Part shown: positions 1-11,100 of the stretch, in pieces | How positions within the stretch are numbered: position 1 is the stretch's first letter | Layout of the letters: the number at the start of each line of letters is the position of its first letter | NCBI GenBank assembly: GCA_900128585.1 | Contig: LT642154.1 | Coordinates: forward strand, 1 to 62,211 | Direction: 5' to 3' | Length of the DNA: 62,211 nucleotides | Origin: Stramenopiles sp. TOSAG23-3 | Lineage: Eukaryota | Translations under genes and position numbers: made by a program | The notes under the pieces: model-generated | Database searches by the model: none | The model's input: only the letters and a program-made list of their open reading frames with translations | Told to the model about the DNA's origin: nothing

Positions 1-380
1 ATTCATCATTCAAACTATCATAAAATTGTTTGAGACAGTGGCTATTATTGTTTTGTTGAGGCCCGGCTCTATCCCAAAAATATGTTATGATACATATATT
101 AATCTTAAATTAGAAAGAGGAACAAAAAGAAAAATTAACTTGAATGGTTTAACATCAAATTAAAACCTTGAGTGGTTTAACATAAAATTGAAGCGTTTAC
201 TTATAATATCGATAAACTGAATTTGGTTTTTTTTTAAATATATATATCGTATATTTTTTTGGCACAGCACACCCAGCTTCTTCACCCTTTTCACCTTCGC
301 AACTCTAACACAGCAAGAGACACGCTGTACTTCGTAAGAATTTCTTATTTGAATAAAAAAAAACCTAAAATGCACATAAT

Positions 381-2012
381 TTATTGCGCGCTGGGTGCAT
401 TCACAAGCTTGGCTCGCTTCACTTGTAAAACTTGAGCACCGTCGCTTTGGGAACTATTTACTACTTTTCGTTTCTTTTTCGCCACCAACAAATTCGCCGG
501 CGGCATGTTGCTCGAAGTCATCGTTGGCGCACCGAATCCAATGGTAGTGATGCTTCCGTCCGGGCCAACTTCAGGAGCGCTAACCTCGGTGTTGCCGCTT
601 GCACTGTTCCCGAATCCGATCGTGGTAACTCCACCCTGAGTATTGGCTGGGGGGGCGAACCCGATGGTAGTGATTCCCCCCTTTGTGTCTGGGGTCATGG
701 CGTTGGAAGACGGGGTTGTAGAGGCAGAGTTGCCGAACCCGATCGTGGTCACCCCTTCGATAGGGTTAGCGTTCCCAAAGACGCTCTTGTCGAAACCGCT
801 ATTAGCGTAAACGTTCTGCTCTTCACCGACAATGCTTTCTGGTTGTTTTGCTACGGCGGCCGCCCCCGATGACGACACCGACTTGAATGCAGCAGCCATC
901 TTTTCTTCTTTCTCTTTCTTGGCGTCATTGTTCAGTTTCACGGTGTCCGCAATCTTCTCTTTCAGTTCAGAGAGAACGGAAACTAGCTCGGCCACATCGC
1001 CCTCCGCTTTCGTCAAAAACGCCGCGGGGTGCGCGCGGTTGCTTCGGATGCGTTTCTTGTTCGGCAACCGCGATGAATCCGGGACTGCACATGCTGGGTG
1101 CCACCCTTTCTTGATAGCGATGTTCCAGTCTACCGTTCCCGTGGCCTCGATCCTGGTCACCATCGTTTGTTGCGATGGCCGTGCCGAGTGCGATCCTTTC
1201 TTCCTCCGCTTAGAAGTCACGACGAGTTCTTGGGATGCCTGCACTGCAGTCTCCTTGAATGTCGGCAACGCAGACAAGGCGACAGGGGATCCCGTCTTGT
1301 CTGCCACTTGTTTCAACAAACTTTCAATCACGCGAGAGGCCAGGAGGTATTGTTCAATGGCATGTTGCCTTTGCCCCGCCGGGTCCTGGTGGCGAGCGGA
1401 GTTGTACAAGTACGCTATGGCAAGGCAAGTGTAGACATCCGCGAGCAGCCGGTCGTTTTCTTTCAAAAAAGTTTGCCGTTCCACCAAGCACGCTCTATAG
1501 TCCAAAATTGCTTGCTCGCAGTTGCCCTGGTCGAGGCAGAGGTCTGCTAGACGCAAGTAGACCCGGGCGAGCAAAAGGCGGGCATCTTTTGTGGAGTGCT
1601 GGAGCAGTGTGTTTTTTGCCACTTCCAAAACTTCCCAGGCGATTTCCAAGTCTTCCTCACTGTTGGAGGGTGCGCCCTCTCCTTTCATGGCATCCCCGAA
1701 CAAATCTGCAGCCGTCTCAGCTTTCAAGAGCAGGGCACTTCCGTACTCGAACAACACTGGGGCCGTTTCGATGTGCTGCCCTCCAAAGGATACTTCCAAA
1801 GCTTCCAAAAGCTCCCCAAACGCATCTATGGCAGCGTCAAACTGTTTCGCCTTCATCAGTGCTTTCCCTGCACATACCGAGGGTCCCTGTACGCAGCAAA
1901 CATTGTTGGTAACTAAACGTATATACTTGCTTGCAAAACGTGTGTGCGTGTATACATATATGAAAAGAAAATCGTTTTGTCCTGTTCCTGTCCGTCTATT
2001 CATCGTTCGCAT
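381..2012 (-). CDS. NASP: NASP/Sim3/Hif1-like SHNi-TPR histone chaperone (true start uncertain; first ~45 aa may be UTR/intron)
   Basis: TPR helices with 'FEYGSALL' and SHNi-TPR signature 'EDLEIAWEVLEVAK...RLADLCLDQGNCEQAILDYRACL...DRLLAD'; C-terminal basic NLS (KKKRK...KRAK). Confidence 0.8.
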   Translation of the reverse strand: MRTMNRRTGTGQNDFLFIYVYTHTRFASKYIRLVTNNVCCVQGPSVCAGKALMKAKQFDAAIDAFGELLEALEVSFGGQHIETAPVLFEYGSALLLKAETAADLFGDAMKGEGAPSNSEEDLEIAWEVLEVAKNTLLQHSTKDARLLLARVYLRLADLCLDQGNCEQAILDYRACLVERQTFLKENDRLLADVYTCLAIAYLYNSARHQDPAGQRQHAIEQYLLASRVIESLLKQVADKTGSPVALSALPTFKETAVQASQELVVTSKRRKKGSHSARPSQQTMVTRIEATGTVDWNIAIKKGWHPACAVPDSSRLPNKKRIRSNRAHPAAFLTKAEGDVAELVSVLSELKEKIADTVKLNNDAKKEKEEKMAAAFKSVSSSGAAAVAKQPESIVGEEQNVYANSGFDKSVFGNANPIEGVTTIGFGNSASTTPSSNAMTPDTKGGITTIGFAPPANTQGGVTTIGFGNSASGNTEVSAPEVGPDGSITTIGFGAPTMTSSNMPPANLLVAKKKRKVVNSSQSDGAQVLQVKRAKLVNAPSAQ

Positions 2013-2601
2013 TTAAACATAAAAAAATACTTGTTTATATAAATAAGTATATTATACCAAGGTATATTATTCAATTCAACTAATTATTGTCTTTTTTTTT
2101 TTTATAATAATTAATTATAATAATACTTGTACAGTAGAAGACGACGACTACTTATTTTATTTTAATAATAAAAATTATCTATCTCACAATAGAAGACTTA
2201 CTTGGTATTCATTATAATGGCACATTGTAAAAGATATTTTCAAAAAAATTTGGCGCGACAATTTCAACCCTCTTATTTATGAGATTAGTAGTGATATATT
2301 TAGGGTAAATAAATATTATAATAATCTTCTCATCATAATAATAATATAATCTGAAATCTGAAATCTCTAGGACTAATATAAACATCCCTTCTTCATTTAA
2401 AATTCAATATTGTGCAAGCTACACTTGTGAACGTAAAGTCATATCTCCTCCCAATACAATTGTTTCTTGTGCTAGTGCTCTGATCATAAAGTTCGATTCG
2501 TGAAGACAGTGCAATATTTGAAACGATAACTGTGGGGGCGAAAAGGGATAAATATGTGACACCGCTTTCGCAACGGCAGACGACACGAACAACGAACGAA
2601 T

Positions 2602-4032
2602 ATGCCAATACGCCATCTCCACGACGGCCCGGGCTACTCGTCAACGACGGTCCTGCACTTGGCAAAAGTCTTGCAGCATAACCCCGACGCAGTGCAAAAG
2701 AAGGACCAGTTTGGAATGCTGCCTGTGCATTACGCAACACTTTACGGGGCTAGTGTTGATGTTATCCAGCTGCTGGTAAAAAAGTACGACACCTGCCTCA
2801 GCGTCCCCTCCAACGACGGCTCCCTGCCCCTGCACTTTGCCGCGAAAGGGAACCATCACCACCTAATTCCATACTTCTTGGCGACATTCGGGAAAGCCGC
2901 AGATCATTTGAATGACGAGGAGGAGTCCCCCATCGATTTGGCAATGCAGGTAGAGAGCGATACAATAGCAAACAAACAGGAGTCCGAAGATTCTGTTCCC
3001 ACCGAACAGAAACGAAAATCGGGCAAAAAGAACGATAGGGCCGCGCAACTCCTCCGAGAACCTGAAAAGACCATACAAGCGTACAAAGAAGGGAAGTATT
3101 GGATGTACGAAACCAAGGGAATAAATTCTCTTCATGATAACAGTTTTGGATCGGAAGAAAAATGGCGAAACACTAGTGTGGACTTAATTAAATACTTAAT
3201 GCAGGAGCACCCAGGCCATGTGAAAGCAGAAGACCCAGAAAATGGGTACCTGCCGATACACTATGCGTGTTTTTACCGAACCGATTTGCGCGTAGTCAAA
3301 CTTCTCGCAGAGGAGTATATGGACGGCCTGGGGCACCAGAGCCACAACGGGTGGGTCCCTCTACATTTGTCAGCAATGATGGACCAGTCTTATATATTAG
3401 ATTACTTGCTGGGTGTGTACCCAAGTGCTTTGAAAGTCAAGGACGTCCATGGCAAAACCCCTTTGGAGTACGCTATTACCTACGACAGGAAGGGGTCGAT
3501 CACTAGATTGCTCGTGACCCCGGGATTAAATAGGTGCAACCGGTTTGACCATAGAGTTTTTACTGCAGAAGATTACAGGCTCTTGACAATGATTTATTCC
3601 TTGTACAGCATAAATAACCAGTTCTGGGCCAATACCAGCAATGACCATCTGCAGAAACTACTGGATAGGGACTCAGAGCATGTATATACACCCGACGAAC
3701 AACATAACAGACTGCCCATCCATATTGCCCTCGACCAGGGTGCACGAGACGAGTTGATCAAAATGCTTCTGGACAATTACCCAGAGGGACTCTTGCACCA
3801 GGACCGGTACGGCGCGACGCCGTTGCACTATTGTGCTACATGGAACCGGTACCATTTGATCCCTATGTTTCTGTCGTACCATCCACAGACTGCGTATATG
3901 AAAGATGCAAGGGGTGAAATTGCACTTGATCATGCGAACCAGTACAATCGATGCGAGTCGGTTGCCCTGCTTACCGACCCAGAGCTTACAATCAAACGAT
4001 ATCTTGACAGTCTGGAGACTGTGGGAAACTAA
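2602..4032 (+). CDS. Ankyrin-repeat protein
   Basis: Repeated GxLPxHxA / GxTPLHY motifs in three clusters. Confidence 0.85.
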   Translation: MPIRHLHDGPGYSSTTVLHLAKVLQHNPDAVQKKDQFGMLPVHYATLYGASVDVIQLLVKKYDTCLSVPSNDGSLPLHFAAKGNHHHLIPYFLATFGKAADHLNDEEESPIDLAMQVESDTIANKQESEDSVPTEQKRKSGKKNDRAAQLLREPEKTIQAYKEGKYWMYETKGINSLHDNSFGSEEKWRNTSVDLIKYLMQEHPGHVKAEDPENGYLPIHYACFYRTDLRVVKLLAEEYMDGLGHQSHNGWVPLHLSAMMDQSYILDYLLGVYPSALKVKDVHGKTPLEYAITYDRKGSITRLLVTPGLNRCNRFDHRVFTAEDYRLLTMIYSLYSINNQFWANTSNDHLQKLLDRDSEHVYTPDEQHNRLPIHIALDQGARDELIKMLLDNYPEGLLHQDRYGATPLHYCATWNRYHLIPMFLSYHPQTAYMKDARGEIALDHANQYNRCESVALLTDPELTIKRYLDSLETVGN

Positions 4033-4054
4033 GAGGGGAAGAAATTTAAAAAAA

Positions 4055-4370
4055 GAGGGCTCCCTTCCTCAATCCTTGGTGTAACGCGAGCAGCGCTGAG
4101 TCTGTGGCTGAGTTTATGACTACGAATGGTTGGCCACTGATGCCTTTACTGACACCAATGAAGACGAATTTCGGTTGGGAGAGTGAGGCAGTACGGCCTC
4201 AGCAAGAAGTGACATGGTTCACGGGTTATTTGATACTTTTGTTTGTAGGTTGGCAGGTTAGGACGCCCTGCCCTCACCCCTCTTTCCGACCGCCCCATCG
4301 TTAATGTGTGTACGGAGGAGAAAAGCGCACGAGTCTATAGTCTATCCGCGACTCAAAAATGAATTTTTTA
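4055..4370. ncRNA. Candidate structured RNA or structured 3'UTR (unassigned)
   Basis: GC-balanced ~300 nt with no credible ORF in a tail-to-tail gap; long-range stem 4173-4191/4268-4291 plus local hairpins; A7 run at 4048-4054. Confidence 0.3.
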
Positions 4371-4558
4371 GATGATTGAAGACACACAAAGACAAAGGCA
4401 AGATGATTGGATGATCCAAGATGTATCATAACATACAAATAAAGTTCATAAATCTAAAACGCTCTCAACTTTAAAAAACAATATGTGTTTTTAAATCTTA
4501 CTCTCGCACCTCCGAGAATTAAATTCTTGAATTCTCTCTTTCCCTCGCTTGCAAGACT

Positions 4559-6748
4559 TTACAGGAGGACTATTGCGGCCATTGGGCATACAATCGATAA
4601 CACTACAACCAAGGGAACACCAACCCGGAAGAATTCAATATTTTTTAAATCTTTTGCTGCCATCTGTACAAATAGATTCGTTTGGTACCCCACTGGGCTA
4701 AGGAATGCACTACTTGCCCCAATCATGAGGACAGCTGCCAACCGCAGAACTGAGAAGTTGTTCCCTTTCGCTACGGTGAAGAATATTTCCCAACACAAAA
4801 GAGCGGCCGCGGTGTTGCTGATCATGTTCGTAAGTATACAACAGCTAAGATAAGTCAACATGAGGAAAAAATACTCGCCACCGCCTGCCAATAAAAGCAA
4901 GTAACTAACGCTTCGGGCGATAGGCTTGTCCAAGTTGTGCTTCCTCATCATAGTAGCCATGGGAATGGAGAGGCACAGAGTTACCATGACGTCCACATTT
5001 ACAGCACTGTACGCTGTTTTCAGGTCTATCAAACCCATGGCACCAAATATGCTCAAGCCAGCACCCAGTGCAAAAAATATTGAGTAGTACTTCAGGGTTA
5101 TCAATACCAGGAGCAATACCAGGATAAATATTACCACAACTTTTTTCTTTCGATCGTTGCTTTTGCCCCTCTTTGGTGGCGCGGAGTCCATGATTTGTCT
5201 CACCAATTGAAAGTGGGACATGAATCCTTTTTTCCAATCCAATACAAAATTAACGTTTGCTTCTATGAGCACCAAGTCTCCATCTTGGATTGTGTGGCTG
5301 TCGCTCCACTCGCCCGGGTCTGCATTACCCGAGGAGACGGCCAAAACAAATATTTGGTATGTGAAGTCGAATATACCTGGGAATACACCAGCAGCAGAAA
5401 AGCGAGAGGATTGTGTTAACGACTGCCGACCGATCAATTTGCATTTGTTTGATGGTATAACTTCAAACAAACACCGCCTGCTTCGGCCTCCGGTCGTTAA
5501 GACGCGTTTAATACTCGCGCTGCTGTTGCTTTTATGCCGCTCGTATATTTCCAGGTACATTAGCCTTCGCAAACTTGCTGACCCCTCGGCTGTGCATTTT
5601 ACAGTTATAACGTCTCTCGGGTGAAGTTTTTCCGCCATAATTTCATTTCCAGCTGCAATAATTTGATTGATCTCCTCTCCGCCGTTACCACTTTTGCGCC
5701 TTGTCAGTTCAACCAATTTAGCCCCGTCATGGACGGCAGCTGTAAAGTTCAATTCCTCCAGCGAGTAAGCTTTCGAAGAAAATGTATAATGAAACATTAT
5801 TGTATACGGCAAACTTATGCCACGCTTTGCACTTTCTAGACTACTAAAAGGATCCCTAGCAAGAACGTTCGCAAACGATTCCGTCTGGCTTCCATTTTTT
5901 TTTCCCCAAGAGTTGACAAAAAAAATGTGGAACAAACTTGTTATTGTTCCGCTGATTAAGCAAACGAAAGCTAGTGGGGTTGTGGTAAACATTCCAATTT
6001 CAATCCCTACTTTTTCAGCTTCATGTTGGATCACTAAATTAGTACTCGTGCCTAACAGGGTAAGCATTCCACCGAGCTGAGAAAAATAGCTGAAGTATAC
6101 TAGAAGAACGTTCTCCGGTAACCCCAAACTTCTTGTCCAGTTCATGACGATTGGCATCGCTATCAGTACCAGCGCTGTGTTGGATAACATTGACGACATC
6201 AACGAAACTATAAAGGTCATTCGAAGAAAGCTGACGTACACAGAACGGTTTCTTCCTAGAACCCGGTTCAGAATGGATTCTATGAGTCCTAAGTCGTCGA
6301 CGACCCGGCAGAAAGGCTGGAAGAGCCCAACGGCAAGGATTGACGGGCTGCCGATACCACTTACTACCACCTCTTTCGTGCTAAGTTGAAATATCAGGGT
6401 GTACGCAGTAAGAGCGAGAAATGATTGGCAAACCGGGTACTCCAGGATCAGGGCCGAAAGCATCGACAGGATTCCAAACAGTGCAAGCCAAGACTGGTAT
6501 GAAAACTCCGGTGAATTTATTTTGAGTACAGCGCAAATTAGGCACAACAGAAAGAGTATCGTCAGACAAACCGCAAGCTTGGCGTTCTCTTTTATATTCA
6601 TGGCTATAGTTTTCTGTTTACGAAAATTTGTGACAGCGAGATTGCTCTCGAATTTGCGAAACCCCTTGTCTTTCTGTACTTCGGCGTTGCTTCCCCCACG
6701 TTCTTGTACCGTCAGGAGAGACGTCCGCAAAGCATCGTCCTGTATCAT
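4559..6748 (-). CDS. SLC13/CitMHS-type anion permease with central degenerate TrkA-C-like region (SLT/YfbS-like)
   Basis: Two membrane halves with 'SMLSNTA', 'GGMLTLLGTSTNL', 'TNMISNTAAA', 'FLSPVGYQTNL' motifs around a soluble central region. Confidence 0.8.
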   Translation of the reverse strand: MIQDDALRTSLLTVQERGGSNAEVQKDKGFRKFESNLAVTNFRKQKTIAMNIKENAKLAVCLTILFLLCLICAVLKINSPEFSYQSWLALFGILSMLSALILEYPVCQSFLALTAYTLIFQLSTKEVVVSGIGSPSILAVGLFQPFCRVVDDLGLIESILNRVLGRNRSVYVSFLRMTFIVSLMSSMLSNTALVLIAMPIVMNWTRSLGLPENVLLVYFSYFSQLGGMLTLLGTSTNLVIQHEAEKVGIEIGMFTTTPLAFVCLISGTITSLFHIFFVNSWGKKNGSQTESFANVLARDPFSSLESAKRGISLPYTIMFHYTFSSKAYSLEELNFTAAVHDGAKLVELTRRKSGNGGEEINQIIAAGNEIMAEKLHPRDVITVKCTAEGSASLRRLMYLEIYERHKSNSSASIKRVLTTGGRSRRCLFEVIPSNKCKLIGRQSLTQSSRFSAAGVFPGIFDFTYQIFVLAVSSGNADPGEWSDSHTIQDGDLVLIEANVNFVLDWKKGFMSHFQLVRQIMDSAPPKRGKSNDRKKKVVVIFILVLLLVLITLKYYSIFFALGAGLSIFGAMGLIDLKTAYSAVNVDVMVTLCLSIPMATMMRKHNLDKPIARSVSYLLLLAGGGEYFFLMLTYLSCCILTNMISNTAAALLCWEIFFTVAKGNNFSVLRLAAVLMIGASSAFLSPVGYQTNLFVQMAAKDLKNIEFFRVGVPLVVVLSIVCPMAAIVLL

Positions 6749-8121
6749 CGCGTGGCAGTAGCCGGGCCACGATAAAATGAATTATGAATATTTCGAGTAT
6801 GATCCCAGGTTTCAATTGATCAATACGGGGAAGCTAGCGTTCACAGCGCGGGCACCAGTATTTCCAGTGTTTCCCTTCGCGCTAATACGAGGCCTCCGGG
6901 CGGCAAGACATTCCAACCTTTTTAATAAAAAAAAAGTTTAATATAAAAAATACCAAAAAAAAGGAGGAGGTATAGTATTACACTTCTTCAACCAACCACG
7001 ACGTTAATAAATATAATAAGCAATAAAAATAAAATAGGAAGAAAAAATAATAATGTTGAACCAACTACGAGGACGGTAGACACTATTATTATATTAGATT
7101 ATTAGTCTAGATAATACGGCGGTGCATAGTATAATAAAATATCAAAAATAATACACACTTCTTGTGCTGTGTTAATGTATTATGTATAATAATTTACTTA
7201 AAATATTATCGTTTTTAAATCTTTTTTTTTGCTTTTTTTTTTGTTGCTTTTATAGCCTCTATGTAATAATAAATATTATAAACAACTCGACGGACTACGA
7301 GGAGTCTACAAAAATCATTAGTTCAATTTGAGTTCTCTGTTATTATTACATTATAATACTTGTTATTTCTTGGTAAATAGATTAATTTTAATTTAATTGT
7401 CACATTATTGTTTAGGGTTAGCTTATTACTTCCTCTCCTAGAGTAAAAAGAAAAGAAAAGAATCTTTCTATTCTTCTTTCTTCTCTGGAGGACTGGAGGA
7501 GTGCATTGAGCTGTTTGTTTGTTGTCAATCAATATTGACCACCAACTTGATCAATTGTTTATTTGACTTGTAATTTAGTTTTATTAAGTATTAAGGTATA
7601 CAAATTAATATACATACTATAGGGACATCATCCTGGAAGTTTCACTATTATTATACTAAATATATATATTATAATTATATTTTGTGTGAACATAATAATA
7701 TATTTGTTTTATTATAAAAATCCTTAATTAGTAGACGGACGGACTGACAGATGAGATTTCAGATTTTTTTATTTTATTATTTTTATTTATTAACCAATCG
7801 TCTTCTTCTCTATCTCTCTACCACAAGGACTCTTCTTCTCTCTTCTCTCTTTCCTCATCGTTGACAAAAAAAAAAGAAAGCAAAAACAAAAACAAAAAAA
7901 TGGTGGAAAGCTATGTGAATAAAGTGACTGCGTTTGTTCCATCCGTGCAACAAATTACATATTGAAGCGTTCTCGAGGACAGTCGTTTAAGGAAGAGTCT
8001 GACGAGTTGTACTTTTGCCACGGACGGTTTTTGTGAATTTTATCGTTCTATATATACATTATATAGTGAGTGCAAAAAGTAGGCGTCTCTTTCGGCGTGC
8101 ACAACACAGAAACAGCGAGGT

Positions 8122-11100
8122 ATGGTATTGTTTCCTCGCAGTTTTACAAAGTTGGCAATGGGCGGTTTCCGCCCTTCTACCGGTTTTGTCTTGGTGTTCA
8201 CTGCGCTCTTTGGCTGGTTTGCGCGCGTCGGGGCAGCAGTGGAAATATACGCAACGCCGCACAACGCCGCCGTAAGCTCGTACGAGGAGTACACCGCAGG
8301 GGTCACCCTGTTCAACCAGGGGAACGAGTTCCACAAGAATAACCAGCTAGACCAGGCAATGGTGTACTACAGGAAGTCGGTACTGCATTACCCGCTCCTT
8401 GGGGAAGCATACCTGAACATGGGAAATATTCTGAAAGGGGTAGAGGCTTACAGGATCTACGAAAAAGCGGTGGAAGTCAGCGGTCCCAACAGCCTGGCGC
8501 CCAACAAGCCGCTCTACGCAAACGCGTTGGCCAACATGGGGCACTACCTAGTGGAGCTGCAGTCGAAAGGGGCAGAGGCAGAGTTTAAAACTATTGAGAA
8601 AGCGATAGAAATGTACATCGAGGCTCTGCGGTGGCAGCCCGAGAATGACAACGTTTGGTACAATCTAGGGATTGCATACGAAAAGCAGGGGTTTCGCCAA
8701 GACGCGTTCGAAGCGTACAGAAAGACCTTGGCTTTAGAGCCCTTGCACGTTGGTGCCAATTTGAATATAGGCAACTTGATGATGTATGGCGGCTACCACA
8801 ACCTATCGTTGTTCTACCACGAAAGGGCGCTATCAAGCCCGGGGCTTACCGAATGGTACAAGATTGGGACAATGAACAACATGGGCGAAACTTACCGATT
8901 TTTGAACGACGTTAAGAGCTCGTTGGCAATGAACCGGAGGGCATTGGCCGTCTCTCCGAATGACGAGATGACGCTGTTCAATATTTACAAGGCCAAGAGA
9001 ACACTGTGCGACTGGGAAAACATACGGGAGGAGATAGATTTCTTAATCAAATTAACCAACGATCAGCTGAGTACCGGTCCAAACTGCACCATGCTTCCTT
9101 ACGACGCATCGCTACTCCCAATTTCGAAAAAATTTCTGTTGAAAGTTGCCACGGCGAATACCCATAGGTACAGAAAGCTTCAGTTTGTGCCGCGAGACAG
9201 CACTAACGACCATTTCGTCGGCAAAATTGTTCAATATCCGAACGGTGAAGAAGGCCGTTTCCGGCTGGTCGTTGGGTACACGGGTTACGATTTTAACAAT
9301 CATCCGATGGGTCACTTGACATGCGGGGTGTTAGAGTTGCACGACCGCAACCACATTGGCGTGAATTGTTACCCTTACGGCAACGACGACAAGACTCTCC
9401 AACGACTACGGATAATTAAGGCGTGCGATGTTTTCAAGAACACCACGATGCTTGCAGACTACAAAATTGCACATACGATGTCAGACGATGGGGTCCACAT
9501 TTCTGTTGACTTAATGGCGCACACTCGGGGGACCCGTTTAGGAGTAGCAGCGTATCACCCTGGTGCAATTTTGGTGAACTACTTGGGGTATCCTGGGACC
9601 ATTGGGACATACCGGTATGCCGATTACATCATCGTCGACCGCAACATCGTTGTGCCCGAAACGGCAAAAAACGAAGTCAGCGAAAAAGTTGTTTATTTAC
9701 CACATCACTACCAGGCGAATGATTTTCTTTTGCACGTAGATTTTTGCGGCGGCCCGTCAACGAAATTGCTTAACAGCGCCACCAACCAAAGGTTGCTAGA
9801 TCCTGCAGTGGAGAAAGATTGCGCAAAAGAAAACGTTGCTGCCAAGAGGGAGGAGGAAGGGATCCCTGGCGATGCCAGCGTGGTCATGTGCAACTTCAAT
9901 ACGATAGACAAGATGGAGCAGGACGTATTTGCCATATGGATGTCCATCTTGAGACGTGTACCGGGTGGCGTGCTCTGGCTGTTGGCCCCGAAAGGGAAAA
10001 CAGGGGACGAAGTAAGGCTTAACTTTTTCAAAGAAGCCACGCACTTTGGAGTGGATCCTAGGAGGTTGATCATTGCGCGAAGAGTTTCAAAGTTTGACCA
10101 CCTGGACCGATTCAGATATTGCGACTTATTTCTAGACACTTTTATTTATGGCGCTCATTCCACAGCGTCTGACGCGCTGTGGACATTCACCCCAATCGTT
10201 ACCTTCGAGGGTGAACTTTTTCAGAGTCGCGTGGCCGCAGATCTTATTTTTGCTATTGGATTGGACGAGCTGGTGACCCATTCGCGCCGGGACTTCGAAG
10301 ATGTATCCGTTGCACTTGCCAATAACCCGGCCAAACTGACAGCTTTACGGGACAAACTTATTGCAAATGCTTTGCCGTGGCCCCTGTTTGATACGTTTCG
10401 AATGACCGACAATTTGGAACGTTCTTACAAGGCAATGTGGGAAGTAAGGGAAACGTTCAAGATGGATCCAACCAATCTCGTAATAGCCCCTGCAAGCCCT
10501 TATAAAATGTCTCCTCTCCACGTCCTGGAGCAGCGCGACGCAGTTCAGGTAAAGGCAGCGATTAATTTGCAATCTTCAGGCAATCTCACCCAGGCGGGGA
10601 ATATCTACCGGAGACTACTCGCAGTAGACCCTGGCAGCTCGAATTACTGGCATTTGTTTGGCCTTACTCGTCATGCACAAGGATACCACCAGGCGGGGGT
10701 GAATTTTGTCAAGTATGCAGTTGCATTGGAGGGGGACAATTTTATCGCGATGTACCACCAAAATTTAGCGGAGTTGTGCAGAAGCATTGAAGATCTTCAG
10801 TGTGCAGTGAAACATCTGGAGCTGACATGGAAGAATCAAGAAGTGAGCCTCGAGACAACCCAAAATATATTTGATACCCTCATCCGTTTGAGGGAGTCGG
10901 CGACGGTCGTTCAATTTTTCGAAGCGTACGGGACGCCTTTAATGATAAAGGAGAATATTGGAAGAGGGAGCGAGCATATTGTAACTGAAATATTGACTTT
11001 GGTGGCGATAGCGTATGCTGAAAGTGTAAATTTAGAAGCCAACGGGGTGCCAGACATTTGTTTTGAACTCCTAGCCAAAGCTATTGAGATTAGCCCCAAT

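Noticed and set aside
4055-4370. Specific assignment as SRP, RNase P/MRP, U3 or telomerase RNA
   Set aside because: No SRP helix-8 GNRA/AGCAG, no P4 consensus, no convincing box set; the CCTAACCT word overlaps a stem and is too short to call a template
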